Shown piece by piece: positions 49,849 through 58,821 of a stretch of 64,000 nt of DNA. The notes beneath the pieces were generated by a model. The model worked only from the letters and a program-made list of their open reading frames with translations. It did not search any database and had not been told where the DNA came from. This DNA is from Candidatus Bathyarchaeota archaeon. Lineage in GTDB: Archaea > Thermoproteota > Bathyarchaeia > TCS64. Position 1 is the stretch's first letter. Each line of letters begins with the position of its first letter. The stretch spans positions 328,668 through 392,667 of the forward strand of contig CAVYVF010000023.1 in the NCBI GenBank assembly GCA_963771885.1, in the 5' to 3' direction. The translations under genes and the position numbers were made by a program.

Positions 49849-50552
49849 AGACCCTTCCTCAGCGCCTCGACGTCGGATGGCGGGTAGCCCGAGTAGAACT
49901 TGCTGAAGTAGCCGTAGGCGTCACGCCCCTCTCCGAGGTGTCTTTTCACCTTCCCCGCCCACTCGGCGGTCTCCGCCGCCTTGTCCACCTGCACCTCCCC
50001 CCTCTCGGCGACCACCGCCTTCCTATCTCCTTCCCAGCGGAAGTAGGCGAAGCCCGCCGTATCCACCTTGGGCGCCTCCGCCCTGTTTGTCGAGGCGAGG
50101 GCGACGCCGTGGTCGCGCAGCAGCTTGTACGTCTCCTCTGAGAACCAGCCCCGGTTCCTGAATTCGGCGGCGACCAGGCGCTTCCTCGGCAGGGCTTCGA
50201 GCAGGTCGTTGAGGGCTTTGTACTCGGGCTTGAGGAAGGGCGGGAACTGTAGGAGGAGTGGCCCCAGCTTGTTGCCCATCACCTCCATGTGGCGGAGGAA
50301 GACGTAGAGCCTCTCAGCGTCGTATCTGAGGCCGGGAACATGAGTCACGGTCTGGGGGAACTTGGCTGCGAACCTGAACTCCTCGGGTACCGAGTCTCTC
50401 CACGCCTCGATGGTGAAGACGCTTGGTATCCTGTAGAACGTGGCGTCTATCTCGACCGAGTTCATAGTCTTCGCGTACTCGGCGAGGTACCTCGTCGGCT
50501 TCGTGCCTTCGGGGTAGAGTTTGCCTACCCAGAACCTGTAGCTCCACCCCAT
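49845..50552 (-). CDS. DUF72 (YecE-like) family protein
   Basis: WSYRFWVGKLYPEG...YFSKFYSGYPP pattern typical of DUF72; sits directly downstream of the LigD ligase gene on the same strand. Confidence 0.55.
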   Translation of the reverse strand: MGWSYRFWVGKLYPEGTKPTRYLAEYAKTMNSVEIDATFYRIPSVFTIEAWRDSVPEEFRFAAKFPQTVTHVPGLRYDAERLYVFLRHMEVMGNKLGPLLLQFPPFLKPEYKALNDLLEALPRKRLVAAEFRNRGWFSEETYKLLRDHGVALASTNRAEAPKVDTAGFAYFRWEGDRKAVVAERGEVQVDKAAETAEWAGKVKRHLGEGRDAYGYFSKFYSGYPPSDVEALRKGL

Positions 50553-50566
50553 CGTGCCGAGGTAGG

Positions 50567-51958
50567 CTACTCCCGGCGCTTGAAGAGGAGCCAGTTCTTC
50601 TCACCAGCCTTAGTGAAGTGGACGAGCTCGTAGCCGCCCCTGAGACGCTCCCCGTGGATGACTATGGAGACCTTCTCCGGCGTCCACTCGACGGTCTCGT
50701 AGGTGCCCCTGTCCCAAATCTTGACGGTGCCCGCACCGTACTCACCCTTCGGGATCTCTCCCTCGAAGCCACCATAGTCTAGGGGGTGATCCTCCACAGC
50801 GACGGCGAGGCGCCTCTCCCCCGACTTCTCGGGCGGCCCCTTCGGCACCGCCCAGCTCTTCAGCGCACCGTCCCGCTCCAACCTGAAGTCCCAGTGCAGG
50901 TGGCTCGCGTGGTGCTCCTGGACGACATACATGTTTCCCTTCAGTTTCGTGCCTTCGCCGACGGGCTCGGGGCTCTTCGAGAAGTTCCTCTTAGAATTGT
51001 ACTCTTCGAGGGTCAAGGGCTTCACCTGCGATAGTGTGCAGTCGCGGGGGGTTTTATCGGTTCTCAGTCTGATGAACCGGGGGGCACGCAGGCGGTCGTC
51101 GTCGGTTAGGTTCTGGTAACCGACCTCGGCGACGACGCTTGGTTTGAGCCATGTGGAGTACGCGGGGATGTCTGGGGCGTCGACCTGTTTCTCCTGCGTC
51201 TCGTATGGGCGGAAGGCGGCGATCAACTCGCGGAGCTTCTTCTCAGTGAAACCCGTACCCACCCTGCCAACGAAGGTCAGCTTATCCCCTTCGTAGAGCC
51301 CGAGTAGCAGCGCCCCGAAGGAGTCCGCCCTGTTACCCGTCCCCCTCGTGTAACCAACGACGACGCAGTCCGCCGTCTTCACCCTCTTCACCTTTAGCCA
51401 TTCCTTGCTCCTCTCCCCCGGGCGGTAGAGGCTGCGTAGCTTCTTAGCGACGACGCCTTCTAGCCCTTTCGCGGCGGCCGCCTCGTAGTAGGCCTCCCCC
51501 TTCTCCTCGACGTAGCTTGAGACGACGACATGCTCCCCGTCCCGGAGCGATTCTCTGAGTATCTTCTTACGCTCGTTCAGTGGCTTCGAGGTTAGGGGTT
51601 TTCCGTCCTTTTCGAGTATGTCGAAGACGACGTATGTGCTCGGCGTCTCCCTTGCCTCCCTTTCTATGTCGCGGGGCTTGGACGCCTGCACCCGCTTAGC
51701 GACCGCTTGGAAATCAGGGCGCCCGCCCTTCATGACGATAATCTCGCCGTCGACGACGACGTTCGACGCCAGCTTGGTGAGCTCGGCGAGTTCGGGAAAC
51801 TTCATCGTGATGTCGTTGTCATTCCTACTAAGTATCTGTAGTTTCTCGCCGATGTGGGCTATGGCGCGTATGCCGTCCCACTTTACCTCGAAGAGCCATC
51901 CACCCCGGCTAAAGGGGGCGTCGGCGGGCTCCGCGAGCATCGGCTGGTACTTCATCAC
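50567..51958 (-). CDS. ligD: ATP-dependent DNA ligase LigD, ligase domain fused to C-terminal 3'-phosphoesterase (PE) domain
   Basis: N-terminal KWDGIR adenylation motif I, EGVVAKK motif V, OB domain; C-terminal VVQEHHASHLHWDFRLE...WAVPKGP...EDHPLDY...WDRGTY PE signature. Confidence 0.8.
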   Translation of the reverse strand: MMKYQPMLAEPADAPFSRGGWLFEVKWDGIRAIAHIGEKLQILSRNDNDITMKFPELAELTKLASNVVVDGEIIVMKGGRPDFQAVAKRVQASKPRDIEREARETPSTYVVFDILEKDGKPLTSKPLNERKKILRESLRDGEHVVVSSYVEEKGEAYYEAAAAKGLEGVVAKKLRSLYRPGERSKEWLKVKRVKTADCVVVGYTRGTGNRADSFGALLLGLYEGDKLTFVGRVGTGFTEKKLRELIAAFRPYETQEKQVDAPDIPAYSTWLKPSVVAEVGYQNLTDDDRLRAPRFIRLRTDKTPRDCTLSQVKPLTLEEYNSKRNFSKSPEPVGEGTKLKGNMYVVQEHHASHLHWDFRLERDGALKSWAVPKGPPEKSGERRLAVAVEDHPLDYGGFEGEIPKGEYGAGTVKIWDRGTYETVEWTPEKVSIVIHGERLRGGYELVHFTKAGEKNWLLFKRRE

Positions 51959-52749
51959 TTCTTCATCTGCGCCAGTGTCTGCTCTAAGGCTACCATCAGT
52001 TCCTTGACCTCCTCCTTCTTCTCGGGTTTTTCGACGTGGATAGTCTCGCCTTTGAGCTTCTTCTTGATCAGCTTCTCAACGTTCTCGCGGTAGGTGTCCT
52101 TGTACTCGGTTATGTCGAATTCGCCAGTAAGGTTATCAAGTATCTTGTAGGCGAGCTCCAGTTCCTTCTTGCTCGGCTGCTTCAGCTCCTTCAGGTCCTT
52201 GACCGTCATCGGCTCTATGACCTCGTTTGGGTAGCGTAGCGTCGTGAGTATGAGGGCGCCTTTGTAGCTGTGTATAAGGACGGGGTACTCCTTCGTACGC
52301 ATTGTGTAGCGCCCCACCCCCGCCATGCCTTTCTTCTCCAAAGCTGAGTAGAGGAGCCCGTAGGCGTCCACGCTCTTGTCGGGGCCGAGGATGTAACTGC
52401 TAAGGAAGTAGAGGGGATCGACGCCCAAGTACTGGACGAACTTGTCAATCTTAATGCGGCGGTCGGACTCGGGGCGTATGGCGTCGAGCTCCTCCTTCGT
52501 GAAGGTGACGAACTCCCCCTTCTCAACCTCGTAGCCGCGTGCCACGTCCGACCATTCCACGACCTCGTTGTCGTAGGTGCAGACCCTCTGGTACCTCAGC
52601 GGACACCCGTCCTTCTTACGTAGGAAGTGGAAGCTGTAGCTCTTGTCCCTGATCATCGTGTATAGCTTCACGGGCACGTTCACGAGCCCGATGCTTATCA
52701 TGCCACTCCAAAAGCTCCGTCCGGCTGGCGCCTGCTCCTCATCGCTCAA
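51955..52749 (-). CDS. ku: Ku protein (NHEJ DNA end-binding)
   Basis: RSFWSGMISIGLVNVPVKLY Ku core start. Probable TTG start around 52749 (or ATG at 52701); the long ORF to 52926 is likely non-coding run-on. 4-nt overlap with ligD. Confidence 0.75.
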   Translation of the reverse strand: MSDEEQAPAGRSFWSGMISIGLVNVPVKLYTMIRDKSYSFHFLRKKDGCPLRYQRVCTYDNEVVEWSDVARGYEVEKGEFVTFTKEELDAIRPESDRRIKIDKFVQYLGVDPLYFLSSYILGPDKSVDAYGLLYSALEKKGMAGVGRYTMRTKEYPVLIHSYKGALILTTLRYPNEVIEPMTVKDLKELKQPSKKELELAYKILDNLTGEFDITEYKDTYRENVEKLIKKKLKGETIHVEKPEKKEEVKELMVALEQTLAQMKK

Positions 52750-53254
52750 TGGTAACCCCGGTTTGAACCTCGGAAGCCATGAGTTTAACCTTTTCACACA
52801 ATGAAACTGAATAGGGTATTTGTCCGCCCCATCGCGAATGAGAAGATTACGAGCCCAGAGAGTATTATTGCGACTACATCCATCAGTGTCTGGTACCTCG
52901 CGTCTAACTTGCTGAACCACCGCCACCAGATGAACCAGGAGAAGACAAACGCTAGCAACACGAAGATCGAAATGTCGCTAACGTCGATGAATATTGTGTC
53001 ACTCACCGGGTGTCAAGCTGGTTCTTAGAACTCGCCGCTTTAACGGTTTTCTTTGCTTTGGGAAATTATTGGGTGTGTTATTTGGGATGGGTTATCAGCC
53101 GCCGTTCACTCGGACCTCTGAAGGCGTGGAAGCGTGAAGAAGCCGACGAAGGAGCAACTGAAGAAGGGATGCGTCATCTGCGTGAAGTTGATGACGGGTG
53201 ACTATCACGGCGCGGTCATTGACCTTAGCCACGATGCAGGCTTCTTTGACAAGC

Positions 53255-54124
53255 TCATGAGGATGCCTTGGATTCGCGGCTCTTCCACTTCTTAGAAGCC
53301 CAGAAGTCCTTCCAGTGGTCCTGCCTCTCCGGGACGTTCTTCAGAGTGAATCTTATGGGATCGAGGTCGTCTAGCTCCTCCCACGTGATGGGTGTTGAAA
53401 CAGTCGCCGATGGCGTTGCTCTAAGGCTGTAGGGGCACGCCATCGTCCGCCCCCTCCCGTTCTGCGGGTAGTCTATGTAGATCGTCCCCGGCTTCTTCTG
53501 CCCCTTTTCAGAGGAGACTATGCCCGTCTCCTTTGCGAGCTCCACTCCGACGCTGTGGGCGTATGCGCGGGTCGCCTCGTAGGTCTCGCTGCGGTCGAGG
53601 CGGGCGACGACGTGGAGCCCCCTCTTCCCCGAGGTCTTCACACACGCCTCGAAACCCCTATCCTTTAGCTTACCTCTGATGAGGCGTGCCACCTTGACCA
53701 TCTCTGGGATGCCCGCGGGGGGCTGAGGGTCGAGGTCGAAGAGCACCATGTCGGGGTGATCAGGTTTATCGATCCTCGCTAGGGGGATGTGAAGCTCAAG
53801 TGCTGCGAGGTTCGCGAGCCAGATGAGTGTGTCGAGGTCGTCGCAGATAATGTAGTCGAGCTCCCTCCCCGCCGCCTCGGAATAGGTATGATGGAGGCGG
53901 ACCCAGTCCGGCGTCCCCTGAGGCGCGTCCTTCCCGTAGAAGCCCTCCGTCTCGACTCCGTCGGGGTAACGCGTCACAACAAGCGCCCGCTCCTCGAGGA
54001 AGGGCAGCATCCTAGGCGCAACGATGATGTAGTACTTCACGATGTCGAGCTTTCTCACCTCCGCGGCGGGGTAGAGGACCTTGTCTAAGTTAGAGAACTG
54101 GACCTTGGTGAGCTTCTCCATCAA
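53255..54124 (-). CDS. LigD primase-polymerase (Pol) domain protein
   Basis: KVLYPAAEVRKLDIVKYY..., DLDP and SGKRGLHV archaeo-eukaryotic primase motifs typical of the NHEJ polymerase domain. Confidence 0.8.
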   Translation of the reverse strand: MMEKLTKVQFSNLDKVLYPAAEVRKLDIVKYYIIVAPRMLPFLEERALVVTRYPDGVETEGFYGKDAPQGTPDWVRLHHTYSEAAGRELDYIICDDLDTLIWLANLAALELHIPLARIDKPDHPDMVLFDLDPQPPAGIPEMVKVARLIRGKLKDRGFEACVKTSGKRGLHVVARLDRSETYEATRAYAHSVGVELAKETGIVSSEKGQKKPGTIYIDYPQNGRGRTMACPYSLRATPSATVSTPITWEELDDLDPIRFTLKNVPERQDHWKDFWASKKWKSRESKASS

Positions 54125-54155
54125 TAGGGCTATTGGAACGGTGGCTGATAAGAAG

Positions 54156-54578
54156 CTAGGCTAGGGTTATCTCCGGCTCGAGTGTGACCTTCGCCTTTAT
54201 TGACTGCCAGATTAGGCTGTACTTCTCCGCCAGCTCCAGGGCGCGCCTCACCTTCTCTTCGGTGCAGCCGCGTATAACGATCTTCGGCCTGAGGGTAACT
54301 GCGTCGAACGTAGATGTCCTGTCTAGGAACTCCTCGACGTGCCCCTCGGCCTCGCATGTGTAGCTTATGAGGTCAATCTTGAGCCTCTCGACACTCCAGA
54401 TGAACATTAAGGCGTAGCATGTGTTCAGGGCAGCAACGAAAGCGTCCTCGGGAGTAAGCACCCCTACCACTCCCTTGATGTCGGCGGGCGCCGAGAAGGG
54501 GAGAACGGGGCCGTTACTCAGCGATACCTCGCCGCTGTGACCCCCCGTCCACCTGGCTGTGGTCCTGTAGGTCACCAA
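54156..54578 (-). CDS. OsmC/Ohr family peroxiredoxin-like protein
   Basis: 140 aa; two conserved Cys (NTCYALMF and RGCTEE) in OsmC positions. Confidence 0.65.
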   Translation of the reverse strand: MVTYRTTARWTGGHSGEVSLSNGPVLPFSAPADIKGVVGVLTPEDAFVAALNTCYALMFIWSVERLKIDLISYTCEAEGHVEEFLDRTSTFDAVTLRPKIVIRGCTEEKVRRALELAEKYSLIWQSIKAKVTLEPEITLA

Positions 54579-54980
54579 CTACGCGGCCTCCTGAATCTCA
54601 CCAATCTTCAGGGCGAGCAACTCGGCTATTCGACGTGCCGCTTTCAATCCTTCGGAGTCGAGTGTCCTCCTCCCCTTCGGTAGCTCGGCCCCCCACTCAT
54701 TGAGGAGCGCCTCGACGTCAACGCCCGCGGCGGGCTCCTTGCTGTATTTTGTTATCGCCTTGTAAGCGCAGTGCTTCCCGCAACCGTCCACCGCGATCGT
54801 CGGGTGATCCTTGGCGAAGCTGTGCTCCTGCTCCTCCCCTGCGAAAAAGAGGGGCAGGCAAATGGTCACGGTCTGATCTGATCCCTCAAGTGCTAGGCGC
54901 GTCGCGACCCTGCTTAACGTCCCCAGACCGCAGCACTCTCCACTGCAGGAGACGACGCCTATCTTCGGCTTTATCTTCAT
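54579..54980 (-). CDS. DGC-domain protein (putative Zn/thiol redox)
   Basis: VVSCSGECCG...CLPLFFAGEEQE...IAVDGCGKHCA; the conserved DGC motif plus extra Cys. Confidence 0.55.
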   Translation of the reverse strand: MKIKPKIGVVSCSGECCGLGTLSRVATRLALEGSDQTVTICLPLFFAGEEQEHSFAKDHPTIAVDGCGKHCAYKAITKYSKEPAAGVDVEALLNEWGAELPKGRRTLDSEGLKAARRIAELLALKIGEIQEAA

Positions 54981-55381
54981 GGCTGTGCCTCCCAGAGCTC
55001 GTCGACCTTCACCGCTAACTTTTCGGCGAGTATCTTGGAGAGCTTCTCACCGTCCTCGTCGAGTGTGGTGACTGTGCGTGGGCGTAAGCCGCGGTTCTCC
55101 CTAAGCAGGTCCATGACTCGGAAGTGGGCAGCGATCCTGCCCCCACTATGCTCGACGTTGTTGCCGGAGCATTCGAGGGTGCATCCGTCTACGGCGATGC
55201 ATGTGCTCCCTGCTACCTTGCGTCTCGCCTCCTCGTCGCCCATGACGAGCAGCGAGAGGCAGAGCGTATCCGCCTTCCCCGGGCGCAGTTCATCGCAGAC
55301 ACGGAAAACGGCGTCTCGGCTTATCGAGCCGAAGGACTTCCCTATGCCGCTGCAGGGGATGACGAGTATCGGCTTCTTCAA
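54977..55381 (-). CDS. DGC-domain protein paralog
   Basis: VIPCSGIGKSFG...CLSLLVMGDEEA...IAVDGCTLECS; a tandem paralog of the previous gene. Confidence 0.55.
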   Translation of the reverse strand: MKKPILVIPCSGIGKSFGSISRDAVFRVCDELRPGKADTLCLSLLVMGDEEARRKVAGSTCIAVDGCTLECSGNNVEHSGGRIAAHFRVMDLLRENRGLRPRTVTTLDEDGEKLSKILAEKLAVKVDELWEAQP

Positions 55382-55382
55382 G

Positions 55383-55835
55383 TTACATCCCCTTTATCTT
55401 CCTAAGCTCCTCGACGACCTTGATCTTCATCGACTCAAAGTAATCTTCCGCGGAGATGAGGACGCTCAATCCGGAAGCTGGTTTGATGACCGCCACCCAG
55501 CCCCCACCGTAGGGGTCACGGTTGATGACCTCGGGCTTTGACTCGATGGTGGGGTTGACTTCAACTATCTCTCCGTCGGTTGGGCTCAGTATGTCCTGCA
55601 CCATCTTCACTGTCTCGTAGCTGCCGATGAAACCCCCGTTAGTGATCTTGGTTCCGACTGGCCGAGCCTCCGCGAAGACAAGGTCGCCAGCTCTCCTCTG
55701 CGCGAAGTCGGTTAATCCAACCCTGATGCTTTCATCGGCTTCGCGTTTCACCCAGACCTCATCCCGGGAGTATAGTAGGCCCTTCTTGGCCTTGAACACG
55801 AACTTGTCAGCAGTTGTCTCGTAGTATTCACTCAT
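55383..55835 (-). CDS. glycine-cleavage H-protein-like lipoyl-carrier protein
   Basis: Start at internal ATG (MSEYYETTADKFVFK...); lipoyl-lysine motif SYETVKMVQDILSPTDGEIVEVN and GcvH-like C-terminus DPYGGGWVAVIK. Confidence 0.65.
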   Translation of the reverse strand: MSEYYETTADKFVFKAKKGLLYSRDEVWVKREADESIRVGLTDFAQRRAGDLVFAEARPVGTKITNGGFIGSYETVKMVQDILSPTDGEIVEVNPTIESKPEVINRDPYGGGWVAVIKPASGLSVLISAEDYFESMKIKVVEELRKIKGM

Positions 55836-56887
55836 CACTTCTTCTCCTCCACCTTCCCAATTCCTTTCCGGTTGCGGGGGAAGTAGCCGCATGTGTGCAG
55901 CCCGAAGCGCACTAGGCTGAGCATCAGCGGGACCTCGAAGAGGGGTCCGATGACGGTTGCCAGTGCAGCGCCACTGCCGATGCCGTACAGCGTTGTTGCC
56001 ACGGCTATGGCGACTTCGAAGTGGCTGCTCGAGCCGATGATTGTACAGTCAATGGCCGTGGGGTAGTCCCAGCGCATATACCAGGCGAGGGCGTAGGTCC
56101 ATACTATCATAACGGCGTAGTGGATGAGGTTGGGTACGGCGATGAAGAGGACGAGCAGGGGATCGCTGAGTATTATATTGCCCTGGAGGCTGAAGAGGAC
56201 GATGAGAGTGACGAGGAGGGCGAGGAAACTGACCTTACCCGCCTTGGCGCGGAATACGTCGTCGAACCACTCCTTGCCCTTGGCTGGGATGAGTATCTTC
56301 CTCGTGAGTGCGCCAGCGGCTACGGGTACGAGTATGAAGAATACGACACTCATGACGATGAGGTCCCAAGGTACAGGGATGCCACTGACGCCTAGGTAGA
56401 ACGCCGCCATAGGTGCGTAGAGGAGTATCATGAGTACCGCGTTTACAGCCGTGTTAATGAGCCCCTGCGCCATATCTCCCTTGGCGAGGAGCATCCACCA
56501 CATCACCATCGCTGTGCACGGCGACAAGCCAAGCAGTATGACGCCGGCTATGTAGTCGGGGTGCCCCGCGAGGAAGACGTTGGCGAGCAGCGTCATCAGC
56601 GCCGGCGCGATGACCCAGTTTGCGAAGACCGTGAACATTATCGGCTTCGGGTTTTTCGCCGCTTTCTTCACATCCATGAAATCGATACCGAGGATCGTCG
56701 GGTACATCATGAAGAAGAGGCAGATTCCGATGGGGATCGATATCTGGGCAAACTTTAGCGAGTCGAGGTACTGCCCGAAGCCGGGGGCGAACTTGCCTAG
56801 GAGTAGTCCGATCGCTATGCATATTCCGATCCAGACTGTTAGGTACTTTTCTATTATGCCGAGTTTCTTCTCCGACACGGCGATCAC
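55835..56887 (-). CDS. arsB: arsenite efflux transporter ACR3
   Basis: ACR3 family 10-TM protein with conserved Cys in LGLSPCTAMV and typical N-terminus KYLTVWIGICIAIG. Confidence 0.8.
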   Translation of the reverse strand: MIAVSEKKLGIIEKYLTVWIGICIAIGLLLGKFAPGFGQYLDSLKFAQISIPIGICLFFMMYPTILGIDFMDVKKAAKNPKPIMFTVFANWVIAPALMTLLANVFLAGHPDYIAGVILLGLSPCTAMVMWWMLLAKGDMAQGLINTAVNAVLMILLYAPMAAFYLGVSGIPVPWDLIVMSVVFFILVPVAAGALTRKILIPAKGKEWFDDVFRAKAGKVSFLALLVTLIVLFSLQGNIILSDPLLVLFIAVPNLIHYAVMIVWTYALAWYMRWDYPTAIDCTIIGSSSHFEVAIAVATTLYGIGSGAALATVIGPLFEVPLMLSLVRFGLHTCGYFPRNRKGIGKVEEKK

Positions 56888-56979
56888 TTTTCATCAACGT
56901 TACTACACCCTAACATATTAAGTTATGTGGATATGTGGATGGATGTATGTTTAAACACCTCGCCTCCCAAGGGACGCCT

Positions 56980-57393
56980 ATGGTCAGCGTACTGTTCATA
57001 TGCGTCCACAACGCGGGCAGGAGCCAGATAGCGGAGGCGATCTTCAACAGCCTCGCAGACGGGCGCCACCTCGCCAAGAGCGCTGGCAGCAAACCAGCAG
57101 ACCAAGTTAACCCCGTCGCAGTCGAGGCTCTGAAGGAGATAGGTATAGACATCAGCGGCAGGAAGCCAAAGAAGCTGGACGCCGACCTCGCCCTCGGGGC
57201 GGACCTAGCTATCACAATGGGCTGCGGTGACGAGCCCTGTCCCGTAGTCACCGGCGAGTTAAGGGACTGGGACCTCGAGGACCCCCATGGGCAGCCCATC
57301 GAGAAAGTCAGGGAGATCAGGGACGAGATACGACGGAGGGTCGAAGCTCTCGTCGAGGAACTCGATAAATGGTCTATACCCTCCCCGGATTAA
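56980..57393 (+). CDS. arsC: arsenate reductase, LMW-PTP family (thioredoxin-coupled)
   Basis: VLFICVHNAGRSQIAEA CX5R P-loop; downstream Cys (GCGDEPCP). Start at internal ATG 56980. Confidence 0.75.
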   Translation: MVSVLFICVHNAGRSQIAEAIFNSLADGRHLAKSAGSKPADQVNPVAVEALKEIGIDISGRKPKKLDADLALGADLAITMGCGDEPCPVVTGELRDWDLEDPHGQPIEKVREIRDEIRRRVEALVEELDKWSIPSPD

Positions 57394-57489
57394 ATCCTCC
57401 TCAACCATCTCCCAATTAACACAGTATTACCAACGCATGCCCCAGTTATGGCAGCTTTTATATCGCGCCAAACCTTTCCATCAAACGTT

Positions 57490-58821
57490 ATGGTCAAGAA
57501 AGCGATAATCATGGGCGCCGCGGGCCGCGACTTCCACAACTTCAACACCCACTTCCGGGACAACCCCGCCTACGAAGTTGTCGCCTTCACGGCTGCCCAG
57601 ATAAGCGAACTCGACGCTACCGCAGGAATCGAGAAGAGGATCTATCCCCCGGAGCTCGCTGGGAAGAGGTACCCGAAGGGAATACCCATCTACCCAGAGT
57701 CCCAGCTCGAGAAGCTCGTCGAGGATCTCGACGCCGACGAGGTCTTCTTCAGCTACAGTGACGTGAGCCATCAGTTCCTCATGAACGAGGGAAGTAGAGC
57801 TCTCGCCTCGGGCGCTAGTTTCACCCTCCTCGGCCCTAAGGAAACCATGATCACTTCGCAGAAGCCGGTGATCAGCGTCTGCGCCAGCAGGACGGGGAGC
57901 GGCAAGAGCCCCACGAGCAGATGGCTCGTCGACCGACTCAAGGCGCAGGGCAAGAAGGTCGTCGTCATCCGCCACCCGATGCCCTACGGTGACCTTGTAA
58001 AGCAGCGTGTCCAGCGCTTCGCCACCCTAGCGGACCTCGACAAGCACGACTGCACGATCGAGGAGCGGGAGGACTACGAACCACACATTGAGAGAGGTGC
58101 TATCGTCTACGCGGGCGTAGACTACGAAGCAATCATCCGGGAGGCGGAGAAGGAGACTGATATCGTAGTCTGGGACGGCGGCAACAACGACTACCCCTTC
58201 TACTGGCCAAAGGTACATATCTGCATCGTTGATCCCCACAGGGCTGGCAACGAGTTGACCTACTACCCTGGCGAGGTTAACGTTCGCATGGCGAACGTCG
58301 TCGTGATAAGCAAAGTCAACACGGCGCCGCCGGGGAGCGTTGAGCTGGTTCGGAAAAACGTCCAATCAGTCAACCCTTGGGCGCAGGTTGTGGAGACCGA
58401 TATGGTCATCACCGCTGACGACGAGGCTCGGCTCCTCGGCAGGCGCGTGCTTGTCGTGGAGGATGGTCCCACCGTCACCCATGGGGGAATGGGCTACGGC
58501 GCAGCAACGATAAAAGCGCGTGAGTTGGAGGCGACCATCGTCGACCCACGCCCCTACGCTAAGGGTACCATCAAGAGCGTCTACGAGCAGTACCCCCACC
58601 TCAAGAACGTGCTCCCTGCAGTCGGCTACAGCCCCAACCAGGTGAGGGAACTCGAGAAAATTATCAACGATACGCCCTGTGATCTTGTCCTCCTTGGCAC
58701 ACCTACCGACCTCCGCAGGTACCTGAAGCTGAACAAGCCCGCTATACGGGTTCGCTACGAACTAAGGGAGCGTAAGAAGGGCGAACTTGAAAAAGCTGTA
58801 CTTGGCAGGATGGAGTCCTAG
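57490..58821 (+). CDS. COG2403-type P-loop protein, possibly cyclic 2,3-diphosphoglycerate synthetase-like
   Basis: About 445 aa; Walker A VCASRTGSGKS in mid-protein; size and architecture resemble the CpgS family. Start at internal ATG (MVKKAIIMGAAGRDFHNFN). Confidence 0.35.
   Translation: MVKKAIIMGAAGRDFHNFNTHFRDNPAYEVVAFTAAQISELDATAGIEKRIYPPELAGKRYPKGIPIYPESQLEKLVEDLDADEVFFSYSDVSHQFLMNEGSRALASGASFTLLGPKETMITSQKPVISVCASRTGSGKSPTSRWLVDRLKAQGKKVVVIRHPMPYGDLVKQRVQRFATLADLDKHDCTIEEREDYEPHIERGAIVYAGVDYEAIIREAEKETDIVVWDGGNNDYPFYWPKVHICIVDPHRAGNELTYYPGEVNVRMANVVVISKVNTAPPGSVELVRKNVQSVNPWAQVVETDMVITADDEARLLGRRVLVVEDGPTVTHGGMGYGAATIKARELEATIVDPRPYAKGTIKSVYEQYPHLKNVLPAVGYSPNQVRELEKIINDTPCDLVLLGTPTDLRRYLKLNKPAIRVRYELRERKKGELEKAVLGRMES

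Noticed and set aside
52750-52926. N-terminal 60 residues of the annotated Ku ORF (start at 52926)
   Set aside because: Ku homologs start at the RSxWKG motif; the upstream extension has no similarity and a plausible TTG/ATG start lies just before RSFWSG, so the extension is treated as non-coding.
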